A stretch of DNA of 63,843 nt, counting the filler, from Deltaproteobacteria bacterium (GTDB lineage Bacteria; JAEEML01): the NCBI GenBank assembly GCA_016283195.1. It is 4 parts of 4 records of this genome, joined end to end, with 100 filler letters (N's around TTAATTAATTAA, not from the genome) between each part and the next. Parts side by side here need not be neighbours in the genome. Positions count along the whole stretch, not along the records: positions 1 to 28,215 come from JAEEML010000055.1; 3 more parts are not named here. One strand, written 5' to 3'. Of the stretch, positions 8,917-18,987 are shown piece by piece. The notes below the pieces were generated by a model that worked only from the letters and a program-made list of their open reading frames with translations, had not been told where the DNA came from and made no database searches. A program made the translations under genes and the position numbers. Numbering within the stretch: the stretch's first letter is position 1; each line of letters starts with the position of its first letter.

Positions 8917-11070
8917 TCACTCGCTGGCCGCATCATTAAGCAGGCTGGTTTCCTCTGTCCACAGAGGGTTAATTATCGCCTTGCCATCTTTTAAGTAACT
9001 ATAGAAAAACTCACCGTACATGTGAGCGGCATCGCTCTTGTCAAAAACCACAAAGTGGCCGCACATATCCTCGCGCATACTACTACTGGCATACTGGCAG
9101 CCTTTTTCGTCATCTTCTTCGGCGTACTGGCGGCTGCCGCAAGTAAAGAGCCGGCCATCCGGAGTCTCACAGTTTTGGCTAACCATGCCGGTATCCGGAG
9201 TCATCTTCTTTAATTTGCGCCCCATAACCTCCCAGCGCTCCGGGCCTACCACCGGCAGGCCGGCGGCCACAGTTAAATAATTATTGGTTTGGTAGGGAGT
9301 ATCACTGTCATATTTGCCAATAGTGAAGAGGGTATTCAGCCCCTCCCCCGGCGCGGCCTTTAAAAGATAATACGGGGCGTAATTGATAGGATCGGTAACA
9401 TCGGCCGCTGTTTGTACAATCATCATAGCCGGGTGCAACAAAGTGAGCTCTTCGCCCTCTTCCAAATACATGAAAGATTCGGCTAGTGCTTTATAAGTGG
9501 GGCTATGGGCAATTGTTCCGATTAAGAGGCCGCCGGCACCGCTATGCAGTGCCGCTTTAACCCGGTGCTCAACACCCAAAGCAATAGCTCCGGAAATGCC
9601 GCCGTGACTATGGCCATGAAAGAGTAAGTTAGAAGTATCAAAGCGGGCTTCTACTCCGTTAGGCGCAATACTGGCCGGAATAACCGGCGGATTATCAATG
9701 AGCATTTTTACCAGTTGGAAGGTATCGGCCGCACTTTGCCTAAAACTGGTGCGCCCGGAAGAGGGATTCAGCACATTGAAAGCGGCCAGCTCGAGAGTGG
9801 TATCATCCAGGGCACATTTACTGATATCGGTGTCGGTATCGGCATCTTTACAGCCGCGCTCATAGTGCAAGGGCTGGCTGATGCCGATGGCGGCCATACC
9901 GTAAGTAGCCAAAATGCGCGGCCTGGTGAGCTCACCGTCCCATTCATAATTATTGTAACTACCACCGGTACCGTGAGCAATCATCACCAACGGCCAGCCC
10001 TTTTCCGGCATTTTACTGGCATCATTGGGCACCGAAAAACGCACCAGCATAAACTCATGCTCATCGGCGATAACTGGCTGGCCGCTTTCGTCAAAAGCAA
10101 AACCGCCGCCGCTGGCCATATAAGGTTTTGTCCCTTGCTGATAATTGGGAGCATAATAATAGGCATCAACTGTGTAATAATTAGTTTTATTGCGCAGAAA
10201 TTTGTAACCCTGAATAACCGGCGCCGGCCGCTCATTGATAAATTTATGTATGGCTATTAGTTCCTGCCGGGGATCCTGAGTAGTAAAAACTGTGGCCGCA
10301 GCTATATCATCAGTCAATAACTCCTTAGTATCTTTAATATATTTAGCAAGCGGAGCCATGGTTTTTATTATAATTTGCTCTTTGGCGTCAGTGGAAGCGG
10401 CGCCATTAAGAGCCTTTTTTAAAAGAGCCGGCACGCCCAAATCCTGCCCTTTGGCATCACCAAAGCTCCTGAGCACAATAAGAGCATAAGTTGTTTTGGC
10501 ATCCAGCGGAAAACCGGGATAAGGCATCGCGGCCAAAAGATTAGCCGGCATATAAGCAGCATTTTCATTAGTAAAAATAGTGCTCATCAGAGGAATTTGT
10601 TCGCCGTAATTTTCCGACTCCGGGTCGATATTAAGTAACCTGATAACCGAGGCCGGCTCCTGGCTCTGCTCAGGCGTGGGCAAAGAAGCGTTATTAAGCG
10701 GGCCGTCAAAGTGCATATAAATAGCGCCATTAGTGGAAAAGCCCTGCACCTCATTAGCAATCAAATTGGTATAATCACTTACCAAAGAGGCGATAGGCGG
10801 AAAATCGGTTAAATCCACATGGCCGTCTTCAGTGCGCCTATGGTCGGCCGGGAAGGGAAAATCGTAAAAATCCTCGCGCTCCGCTTTAAATATTACTTTT
10901 GTCCCGGCGGTATCAGCGTATTCAACCTCAGCTTCCTTATGGGTTTCATCCTCTCCTCTTCCGTCCGGCATTTCCGCTTCCTGGCGCTTCTCGCCGCTGC
11001 AAGCAGCGGCAAGAGGCAGCAGCAAAACCGCCATTAACAGGAATAACCGTGAAAATTTTAGCGCTTTCAT
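8917..11070 (-). CDS. Lipoprotein with alpha/beta-hydrolase (lipase/esterase-like) domain
   Basis: Lipobox LAAAC, FPFPAD N-terminal motif, WPLVMIAHGTGG, nucleophile elbow GHSHGG, late His (CGHFVVF). Confidence 0.75.
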   Translation of the reverse strand: MKALKFSRLFLLMAVLLLPLAAACSGEKRQEAEMPDGRGEDETHKEAEVEYADTAGTKVIFKAEREDFYDFPFPADHRRTEDGHVDLTDFPPIASLVSDYTNLIANEVQGFSTNGAIYMHFDGPLNNASLPTPEQSQEPASVIRLLNIDPESENYGEQIPLMSTIFTNENAAYMPANLLAAMPYPGFPLDAKTTYALIVLRSFGDAKGQDLGVPALLKKALNGAASTDAKEQIIIKTMAPLAKYIKDTKELLTDDIAAATVFTTQDPRQELIAIHKFINERPAPVIQGYKFLRNKTNYYTVDAYYYAPNYQQGTKPYMASGGGFAFDESGQPVIADEHEFMLVRFSVPNDASKMPEKGWPLVMIAHGTGGSYNNYEWDGELTRPRILATYGMAAIGISQPLHYERGCKDADTDTDISKCALDDTTLELAAFNVLNPSSGRTSFRQSAADTFQLVKMLIDNPPVIPASIAPNGVEARFDTSNLLFHGHSHGGISGAIALGVEHRVKAALHSGAGGLLIGTIAHSPTYKALAESFMYLEEGEELTLLHPAMMIVQTAADVTDPINYAPYYLLKAAPGEGLNTLFTIGKYDSDTPYQTNNYLTVAAGLPVVGPERWEVMGRKLKKMTPDTGMVSQNCETPDGRLFTCGSRQYAEEDDEKGCQYASSSMREDMCGHFVVFDKSDAAHMYGEFFYSYLKDGKAIINPLWTEETSLLNDAASE

Positions 11071-11182
11071 CTGGCTCCCCCATGAGTTAGTCGGCCCGCC
11101 AAACGGGCGTGGTAATTATATAAACCCAGGAGCTAAATATACCAGCGTTTTATGAGACAAAAGTTGTAAGAAGAACTTAAAA

Positions 11183-11971
11183 TTAAGGACACTCACCGGG
11201 ATTTAAGAGCAGATTATTGCGCAAATTATCACTGCCTGGTTTCACAGGGCGCTCTTCCGCTCCGCAGTAGAGCACCTGGCCGTTTTGGCTTAAAGCTTTA
11301 GCTAAAAGGCGATAATACACCACGGCCGGCGGCTTATGGGAATCAGCCGGAAGTTCTATAATATTAAGGCCATAAGCCACTTCATCAGGAGTATAGCGCT
11401 TAAAATAAGTGGGCTTTTCCGCAAAACCGCCCGCATCATTCTGGCGGTAGAGGAAAAGTTCCAAAGCCGTTACCTCCGGCGGCGGATCCAGCCGGCTGGA
11501 CGAGCCGAAAGCCAAACTAAAAGAGAGATTACCAGTGACAGCATGCAAATTCAGCGGCTCTTTAAGTGGCGTGCTAAAATCCAGCAAATGCTTATCATAG
11601 CGGTAGAGCGGGCGGCCATCGGCCCTTTGGGCTTCGATGCTCACAATAAAGGAGCTCTTATCAAAGCCGTAAAGAGCGATATTTTTCCCCAAACCCTCGG
11701 CGCAGCTGTAAGCAGCGTTATACGGCGCGGCGCGGTCCTCAGGATCGGCAATATTTACCACCACTTTATCTATAGGCGATGACGGCCAGTTAGGATTTTC
11801 GTTGGCACAGTCTCTATCTTTTAATTCCTCATTATCATTTAAATAATTGCCATATTTAAATTGCCAGGACAATAGATAGGCCCCGCCATCTTCGCTGTTA
11901 CCTCCGCAAGCGGCAAGAAAGGAGAGAGAGCCCAAAAAAAAGCAAGAAAAAGAGAGAATATTCCGCTTCAT
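11183..11971 (-). CDS. Hypothetical lipoprotein
   Basis: Lipobox FLAAC; start overlaps the cmk stop. Confidence 0.7.
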   Translation of the reverse strand: MKRNILSFSCFFLGSLSFLAACGGNSEDGGAYLLSWQFKYGNYLNDNEELKDRDCANENPNWPSSPIDKVVVNIADPEDRAAPYNAAYSCAEGLGKNIALYGFDKSSFIVSIEAQRADGRPLYRYDKHLLDFSTPLKEPLNLHAVTGNLSFSLAFGSSSRLDPPPEVTALELFLYRQNDAGGFAEKPTYFKRYTPDEVAYGLNIIELPADSHKPPAVVYYRLLAKALSQNGQVLYCGAEERPVKPGSDNLRNNLLLNPGECP

Positions 11972-12651
11972 CAGCCACCCATATTAATGGTAATGTGGCC
12001 AATCATCTTATTAAGCACTGTCGTTATATCCATGTGCGAAGTATCAATAATAATAGCATCTTCTGCCGCTTTTAAAGGGGCCACGGCACGCTCGCGATCG
12101 CGCTTGTCACGGGCTATAATATCGGCCAGGACATTATCGGCCGGGAGACCTTTGGCTTTTAGCTCTTTAATGCGCCGCTCGGCCCGCACCTCAGGCGAAG
12201 CTTCCAAAAAGAATTTAAATTCGGCATCAGGATAAACCACTGTACCGATATCGCGCCCTTCAAGGACCACACTGCCCTCTTCGGCCAAAGAGCGCTGGCG
12301 GGCCAAAAGAGCGCCGCGCACCATAGGGAGAGCGGCAAAACAAGAAGAGGCCGCCGAGATTTCCTCGGTGCGAATTTCCGCGCTCACATCTTCTTTATTC
12401 AAAAAAACTCTATTAATCTCGCCGTCCCAGGCAAAATCCACCTTGGCGCTTTCAGCCAGAGCCAAAAGTTCCGGACTCTCCTGCGGGGCCAGGCCGCGAC
12501 GCAAAGCCCAAAGAGCCAAAGAGCGGTAAATAGCCCCGGTATCCACCAGCTTAAAGCCAAAATGGCGGGCCAATAATTTGGATATTGTGCTCTTGCCGCT
12601 ACCGGCCGGGCCGTCGATAGCGATAGTCGGCCCATTTTTTTTACTAGCCAT
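11971..12651 (-). CDS. cmk: Cytidylate kinase
   Basis: IAIDGPAGSGKST, DTGAIYR, EGRDIGTVV, RDKRDRERAVAPL. Confidence 0.96.
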   Translation of the reverse strand: MASKKNGPTIAIDGPAGSGKSTISKLLARHFGFKLVDTGAIYRSLALWALRRGLAPQESPELLALAESAKVDFAWDGEINRVFLNKEDVSAEIRTEEISAASSCFAALPMVRGALLARQRSLAEEGSVVLEGRDIGTVVYPDAEFKFFLEASPEVRAERRIKELKAKGLPADNVLADIIARDKRDRERAVAPLKAAEDAIIIDTSHMDITTVLNKMIGHITINMGG

Positions 12652-13744
12652 TTAAAATCTCCTTAAGGGCGCGCATGAGGCGTTCATTTTGACTGTGCGT
12701 GCCAATGGTTATGCGGGCATAAGTGGGCAAATCACTGGCATCCAGCGGGCGGATAATAATGCCTTTTCTAAGCAGTATTTCAAAGAGCGGCTTAACCGGC
12801 CGGGCAAAATCCACCAAAATAAAATTGGTCTCCGAAGGCCAGGTTTTAAGGCCCATTTTTTGATATTCGGCAAGTAGCCACTCACGCTCGGTTTTATTTA
12901 GTTCGCGGCAGATTTTTACATATTCCTGATCGCTAAGCGCAATGCGGCCGGCCAGCTGGGCCAGAGAATTGACATTAAAAGGATCGCGGCAGCGATTCAT
13001 ATAATTAATGAGCGTAGCTTGGCCCAAAAGATACCCCAGGCGCAGAGCGGCGAGGCCATATATTTTGGAAAATGTGCGGCTCACCAAAAGCTGTGGATAA
13101 TCCTTTAAATAGGCGAGAGTATCGGGAAAATCCGGAGCAGCGCAATATTCCCTATAAGCTTCATCGCAAAAGACAAGTACGCCGCTGGGCAAATTTTTGA
13201 GCAGCTTTTCAAATTCATCTTTGCCCATATAAAGGCCACTGGGATTATTGGGATTAGCCAGAAAAATCAGCTTGGTCTTTTCATCAATCGCGCCTAAAAT
13301 ATCCTCGGCAGCAGCTTTTAGAGAATCAGGCAAAAAAACGCGCTTTTCTTCGCGATCGGCCGCTTTTAATTTGAGCGAGTAAGCCGGAAAAGTGGGCCAG
13401 AGGCTAACGGCATTTTCGCCGGGCAAAAGAAAGGTGCGAATAGCCATATTAATAAGCTCATCGGTGCCGTTGCCCACCACTATATGCTCCGGTTTAAGGC
13501 CGTAAATGCTGTATAACTCAGCTATTTTTTGCTTAAGCAAAACGGCCTGGCTATCGGGATAAAGGGCCAGCTCAGAAAGAGCATCTTTTAGCGCTTCCGG
13601 CACCGCCGGCACCGGCCCGTAACAATTTTCGTTGCTGGCCAGCTTGATAACATCGCTTATCCCCAGCTCGCGCTTTGTTTCTTCTATCGGTTTGCCGGCC
13701 TGATATGTGGCTAAGGTGCGAAAATTCTTACCAACCAGGGACAT
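12644..13744 (-). CDS. hisC: Histidinol-phosphate aminotransferase
   Basis: KLASNEN, GNGTDE, NPNNPSG, DEAY, RTFSKIYGLAALRLGY. Confidence 0.92.
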   Translation of the reverse strand: MSLVGKNFRTLATYQAGKPIEETKRELGISDVIKLASNENCYGPVPAVPEALKDALSELALYPDSQAVLLKQKIAELYSIYGLKPEHIVVGNGTDELINMAIRTFLLPGENAVSLWPTFPAYSLKLKAADREEKRVFLPDSLKAAAEDILGAIDEKTKLIFLANPNNPSGLYMGKDEFEKLLKNLPSGVLVFCDEAYREYCAAPDFPDTLAYLKDYPQLLVSRTFSKIYGLAALRLGYLLGQATLINYMNRCRDPFNVNSLAQLAGRIALSDQEYVKICRELNKTEREWLLAEYQKMGLKTWPSETNFILVDFARPVKPLFEILLRKGIIIRPLDASDLPTYARITIGTHSQNERLMRALKEILNG

Positions 13745-13745
13745 A

Positions 13746-14429
13746 TTAATGGCCCTGCTCTAAAACGGTTATGCCATCCGGGGGCACAAATTTAAACCAA
13801 GCGTCATTTAGGCCGGAATTAAGCTTATATGCGCTAAAAACATAGGTGGTTTCATTGCCCAGCGGGTCGTTTAAAAAAGCACCGTGCACCAAAAAGTTCT
13901 CTTTATCCACCATGAGCTCCATGCGCTCTACTTCCGGAATGGGCTCTTTGGGCTCTAAAAGCAGGCAGGAACACTGCCGCCCGGCAGGGCATATTTCCGG
14001 CTTTTTATTTTGGCAGGAGCCGGCCTTAAAATTGGCTAAAAGAGCACCTTCGCCCCACAAAAAACCCAGTGCCGAACTCAATTTGCTCTTTTCAAAATGG
14101 GCATCTTTTATCACCTGGGCATCTTCCACCACATAAAAATAAGCTGCCGTGCCGTCATAAACAAAAAACTTTTGCTTGGGGGAGAGATAATCCCAGCGCA
14201 GCTTTTTAGGCCGCGCCACATAGAGCTTGCCGCTCTCCGCTTGCAAACGACCGCGGGCTTTTTGCAAATAAATCTGGTTGAAATCAATGGTCACATCGGA
14301 AAAAGCGGCATAAGTGGCTTCCACTTTAAGAGCCAGTTCTTCCGCCGGTTTGGCAGCAGGCTTGGCGGCCGGCACATCGGCACTAAGCAGCGCGGCCATA
14401 AAAAGAAGTGTGTATATATAAGTTGCCAT
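13746..14429 (-). CDS. lolA: Outer-membrane lipoprotein carrier protein LolA family
   Basis: Signal peptide, SGKLYVARPKKLRWDY, DPLGNET, FKFVPPDG. Confidence 0.85.
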   Translation of the reverse strand: MATYIYTLLFMAALLSADVPAAKPAAKPAEELALKVEATYAAFSDVTIDFNQIYLQKARGRLQAESGKLYVARPKKLRWDYLSPKQKFFVYDGTAAYFYVVEDAQVIKDAHFEKSKLSSALGFLWGEGALLANFKAGSCQNKKPEICPAGRQCSCLLLEPKEPIPEVERMELMVDKENFLVHGAFLNDPLGNETTYVFSAYKLNSGLNDAWFKFVPPDGITVLEQGH

Positions 14430-14645
14430 TTTAACCTCCTCAGCAACATAGAAAGCCCCTTATAGCAAAGTTGCCACTTAAAAACGAGGGGCAAGTTGCT
14501 TTTTATAGCCGGGGAAGCAGCTAAAAGTGCTAAAACAGCCAGCAAGCGGCTTAAAAATATTAGAAAAAAATCAGCAGCAATTCCCTCTTGCTTTTTTCAC
14601 AGCTCTGGTATATTTCTCAGCAAAATTCCTGCTTTGGAGTGCAAA

Positions 14646-15644
14646 ATGCTAAAAGCAATTGGTGGTAGATATACCGTTTTACAACCTTTGGGGCGCGGCG
14701 GCATGGCCACGGTTTATTTAGCGCGCGATGAGCGCCTTTTACGGCCTGTTGCCATAAAACTCATTAAAAATTACGAAGATAGCGATGATATTTTTCTCTT
14801 TCACCGCGAGGCCAGAGCCATAGCCGCTTTAACTCACCATAATATTATAACTATCTTGGATTACAGCGGGCCGGAGGAGCATCCGGCTTATATTGTCATG
14901 GAATATGTGGCCGGTGACAGTTTACAAACCATCTTGCGGGCTATGCCGCGCTTTCCGGCCGCCGCTGTTATGGCCGTTATCCATGAGCTTGCCGCGGCGC
15001 TCATGGCGGCACATAAGGCCGGGATTGTCCACCGCGACATCAAACCGGCCAATATCATGTTAACTGCCGAGGGGCGGCTGGTCTTAACCGATTTTGGCCT
15101 GGCCAAAGCTTATAAGAAGCCGGAAATTCTGGGCAAAACCATGGTTGGCCACATTACACACCTGAGCGGCACACCGGAATTTTTGGCCCCAGAACAGGTT
15201 GTTGGCTTCCCGGCCAATGAAAAGGTAGATATTTTTGCTCTCGGCACCCTCACCTATCTCTTAACCAGCGGCAAATTGCCCTTTCACCGCAAAGACACAC
15301 TTTCTACAATGAAAGCCATTGCTTACCTGGACTATGTGCCGCTAAGTAAACTGTGCGGCGAAAGTACCGATGCCGAGCTCATGCGCATAGTCAGCGCCGC
15401 CATGCGCCCCGATGTCAATAAGCGGCCGGGAGCAGCCTGGCTCTGGCAAAAGAGCGATGAATGGCTCGCTGTCCGCGGCTGGAGTGCCGAGCGCGTATTG
15501 CGCGATTTTCAGCTCACCATGAAAGAGGCCGAGGATTACGAAGCGCCGCCGTCTGCCGACTATCTCTCCTCTTCGGAGATCACCATCAGCCGGGATATTG
15601 CCAGGCCCAGAGCCAAAAACCAGCGCAAAACGCTAAGATCCTAA
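14646..15644 (+). CDS. Hanks-type Ser/Thr protein kinase (soluble)
   Basis: LGRGGMATVY, VAIK, HRDIKPAN, DFG, GTPEFLAPE. Probable start ATG 14646; the ORF track starts at 14496. Confidence 0.92.
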   Translation: MLKAIGGRYTVLQPLGRGGMATVYLARDERLLRPVAIKLIKNYEDSDDIFLFHREARAIAALTHHNIITILDYSGPEEHPAYIVMEYVAGDSLQTILRAMPRFPAAAVMAVIHELAAALMAAHKAGIVHRDIKPANIMLTAEGRLVLTDFGLAKAYKKPEILGKTMVGHITHLSGTPEFLAPEQVVGFPANEKVDIFALGTLTYLLTSGKLPFHRKDTLSTMKAIAYLDYVPLSKLCGESTDAELMRIVSAAMRPDVNKRPGAAWLWQKSDEWLAVRGWSAERVLRDFQLTMKEAEDYEAPPSADYLSSSEITISRDIARPRAKNQRKTLRS

Positions 15645-15759
15645 AATGTATAAAAAATGCTCCCAACACCGGCCGGAACATTTTTTCGGCCTTAAAAGTC
15701 CTGTTGCCTAAGTCACTCAACTATACTATGTAGAGTAGTGCTGAACTTTGGGGTTTTGC

Positions 15760-17235
15760 ATGAGCGGATTAATTGGCAATCGTTATCAAATAGAAGAGGT
15801 ACTGGGTAAAGGCGGTATGGGTATGGTTTACCGGGCCAAAGATACCCGCCTCTCCCGCGATGTAGCTTTAAAAGTCATCCACACAAATAGTGATCAAAAA
15901 GACGATTCGGCGGCGATGCTTCACCGTGAAGCACAGGCCATTGCCCAGTTGCATCATCCTAATATTGTTACTATTTATGATTACTCCGGCCCTAATGAAA
16001 AGCCCATTTACATTGCTATGGAACTCATTGAGGGCATGACTCTCACCCAAATCATGCAAAAGACCAAAACTTTGCCTGATACAGTCATTATGTCGGTGCT
16101 CTATGCCGTCTCCTCGGCTCTCGCTCATGCGCACGAGCACATGATGGTGCACCGCGATATTAAACCTTCAAATATTATGATCGAGCGCACCGGGCGGGTG
16201 CTGCTCATGGATTTTGGGATTGCCAAATCACTGGCCCAGGGCTCGGCCCACACGCAAATGCGCGGCACACCTAATTTTATGGCCCCGGAGCAGATATTTG
16301 AGCAACCCATCGGCCCTTATACCGATATTTTTGCCCTGGGCACTCTTATTTATACCTGTGCCGCCGGCAAGCCGCCATTTTTGGCAGCCAGCACCATCGA
16401 AACCATGCAAAAAATTGCCGAAGTGCGCTTTACACCGCTCAAAGAGGCCTTTCCTAATGCCTCATCGGCTCTCGACCGCCTCTCGCGCCAATGCCTGCGC
16501 AAAGAGACAAATGTCCGGCCGGTAGCCTTGCAAATCAACCAGGCCTGCCGCCGCTTTTTGCAACAAAAAAAGATACTTAACCCAACTCACCACCTGGCTC
16601 TATACCTGGCTGATATTTTGGGTGTCCCCAGTAGCGAAGTGGCACCGCCCTCTTCGGCCGATGTCATAAGCGAGCTCGATGATGACCGCACCGTAAAAGC
16701 CTACGACACCGCCGGCCTGGCCGGTATGGACGAAGAGGATTCCATGGTTGGCCCCAGTGCCGAAAGCGTACCGGCCCACTTGAGGCTCTCTGTTAAAGAT
16801 ATTCAAGAGAAGAAAAAGAAGGAAGAGGAAGAAAAGCTAAATAAGCCCGAGGAAAATTCCGGCTCTTATCTCTCTTTTTTCATTGTTATTTTTGTTATTT
16901 TAGCCCTTCTCGGCGGCGGCTTTTATCTCTTTAAAAATCCCTCTATTTTGGGCCTTAAAGATCCGGCAGCGGCTAAAGCACCGCAAAGTGCTCCCAAAAC
17001 CATAGAACTGGCTCCGGATGAAGAAAAGGTCACAATTAAGGTCATTCCCAACGGTATGCTCATGGTTGATGGCATGGAAAAAGGCTTTGTTAAAGGGCAG
17101 ATGGATATTGGCCTGGCTCCGGGGTGGCACAAAGTGGAAATCCGCCGCCGCGGCCGGGAACCCATGAAACAGGAAATCCGCATCACCAAGGGGCAAGACC
17201 CCATGACTATTGTCTTTGATACTACTAGGCGCTAA
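15760..17235 (+). CDS. Membrane-anchored Hanks Ser/Thr kinase with C-terminal PEGA-like domain
   Basis: LGKGGMGMVY, HRDIKPSN, DFG, APE; TM FFIVIFVILALLGGGFYLF; C-terminal VDG...LAPGWHKVEI. Confidence 0.9.
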   Translation: MSGLIGNRYQIEEVLGKGGMGMVYRAKDTRLSRDVALKVIHTNSDQKDDSAAMLHREAQAIAQLHHPNIVTIYDYSGPNEKPIYIAMELIEGMTLTQIMQKTKTLPDTVIMSVLYAVSSALAHAHEHMMVHRDIKPSNIMIERTGRVLLMDFGIAKSLAQGSAHTQMRGTPNFMAPEQIFEQPIGPYTDIFALGTLIYTCAAGKPPFLAASTIETMQKIAEVRFTPLKEAFPNASSALDRLSRQCLRKETNVRPVALQINQACRRFLQQKKILNPTHHLALYLADILGVPSSEVAPPSSADVISELDDDRTVKAYDTAGLAGMDEEDSMVGPSAESVPAHLRLSVKDIQEKKKKEEEEKLNKPEENSGSYLSFFIVIFVILALLGGGFYLFKNPSILGLKDPAAAKAPQSAPKTIELAPDEEKVTIKVIPNGMLMVDGMEKGFVKGQMDIGLAPGWHKVEIRRRGREPMKQEIRITKGQDPMTIVFDTTRR

Positions 17236-17358
17236 CGAGCCGCTGCATTAAGTTCTAAACAAACGTAATTTGCCAAAAATTTTACAGGCTAGCCTGTATA
17301 TTAGGTCTTGAAAAGACCTAAGCGCGAAAATCGGTTCGCCTTACCAAAACGGAGCCTC

Positions 17359-18930
17359 ATGATGAAAAAGTATCTGAAATTATCGCTGGTTTTTTCCGCT
17401 CTCCTCTTTTCATCCTGTGGAGACAAGCAGGAAACTACCTACACTCGCCAACTTAATGAAAATTGCAATGAATTCGACCAATGTTTGGAAGGCCTTACCT
17501 GCGAAAACGGCAAATGCCGGGCTATATGCAAAAAAGATAACGACTGCAATGCCGACCAAGAATGCAAAAATAATCGCTGTGTTAATAAAGTCGGGCAAAA
17601 CCAAGATAATGACGAGCCCAAACCACAGAGTTGCGGTGCCGGTTTCACCGGCCCGGACTGCGGCACTTGTCTGCCAGGTTATTTTGGGACCAGCTGCACT
17701 CCTTGTCCTGGTTTGAGTTCGAGTGGCTCACCTTGCTCAGGCCACGGTGTTTGCAGCGATGGGCCTTGGGGTGAAGGTACCTGCGAATGTTTAAGCGGTT
17801 TTAGCGGCGCCGATTGCTCAGGTTGTGCCGCCGGTTTTGATCCTGCAAAAGAGTGTAAAGAGTGTCTCCCGGGCTATTATGGGCATAGTTGCCGCGATGT
17901 TTGCCCCGGCGGAATCGAAAATATTTGCTCAGGTAACGGAACTTGTGATGACGGCGCAAACGGCACCGGCGTATGCGATTGCAATGATGCGATAAGCGGC
18001 GATGACTGTTCCGGCTGTCCGGGTCACAAAACCAATCCACCGAATTGCGACAAATGTGTAGAAAATTACTTTGGCATAAACTGCGAAAATGAATGTCCAA
18101 AAACCGAAAACGGCTATTGCGACGGCCACGGAACCTGCAATGCCAGCGGCTTATGTGAATGCGATACCGGTTGGTCAGGTACTAAATGTAATGATTGCGC
18201 CAATGGCTATTACGGCGCTTCTTGCAAGCCATGTGAGTGTAACGGCCATGGAACCTGCAACCAGGGAATTCATGGCGAAGGCTGCATTTGTGACAGCTCC
18301 CTGCATTTTACCGGCGAAAAATGCAATCAATGCCAAAACGGCTGGCAAGGTAAAAACTGTGACACTTGCGAATATGGCGATGGCACAAATTGCAATAGCT
18401 GTATCAAAGATAATGGTTATGATGCCGGTATTTGCAAATTTAAAGACAACCGAAATGGTACAGTTTATCCGGTATATAAAATCGGTGGTAAATTCTGGTT
18501 TGGCCAAAATGTAGATTACAAAACCAGCGATTGTTTTGCTCCCAATAATGACAGCAATAATATAAAATCGTACGGTTGCCTCTACAAATGGGCGGCAGCC
18601 AAAACAATTTGCCCTGCACCATGGCGCTTGCCGACAGTAGATGACTTCACAGCTTTACATAAGGCTGTTGGCGGAGCCAATAGCACCGGCGCACAAAACC
18701 TTAGAGCCACCAACTGGAATAATGGAACAGATGCTTATGGCTTTAGAGTACTTCCGGCCGGTAATGTTTATGCCGGCGAATACAAAGTTTTTGGCGAAGC
18801 CGCTTACTTCTGGTCAATGTCCGGCTATGACGATGATGAAGCATATTATATAAATGTTAAAGCTAATAGCACTGCCTTAACCCACAATCATATTAATAAT
18901 GGTAACTCAGTCCGCTGCATTAAAGATTAA
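17359..18930 (+). CDS. Lipoprotein with EGF-like Cys repeats and a C-terminal FISUMP domain
   Basis: RBS GGAG then MMKKYLK..LFSSC lipobox; CSGHG/CSGNG/CDGHG/CNGHG EGF-like units; FKDNRNG..WFGQN..YGCLYKW..CPAPWRLPT..LPAG..AYFWS..SVRCIKD. Confidence 0.88.
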   Translation: MMKKYLKLSLVFSALLFSSCGDKQETTYTRQLNENCNEFDQCLEGLTCENGKCRAICKKDNDCNADQECKNNRCVNKVGQNQDNDEPKPQSCGAGFTGPDCGTCLPGYFGTSCTPCPGLSSSGSPCSGHGVCSDGPWGEGTCECLSGFSGADCSGCAAGFDPAKECKECLPGYYGHSCRDVCPGGIENICSGNGTCDDGANGTGVCDCNDAISGDDCSGCPGHKTNPPNCDKCVENYFGINCENECPKTENGYCDGHGTCNASGLCECDTGWSGTKCNDCANGYYGASCKPCECNGHGTCNQGIHGEGCICDSSLHFTGEKCNQCQNGWQGKNCDTCEYGDGTNCNSCIKDNGYDAGICKFKDNRNGTVYPVYKIGGKFWFGQNVDYKTSDCFAPNNDSNNIKSYGCLYKWAAAKTICPAPWRLPTVDDFTALHKAVGGANSTGAQNLRATNWNNGTDAYGFRVLPAGNVYAGEYKVFGEAAYFWSMSGYDDDEAYYINVKANSTALTHNHINNGNSVRCIKD

Positions 18931-18987
18931 TCTTTTCGCTAATTAACAGCTAAATATAAAAAGTGATTACCGGGTGCTGAAAAGGCC

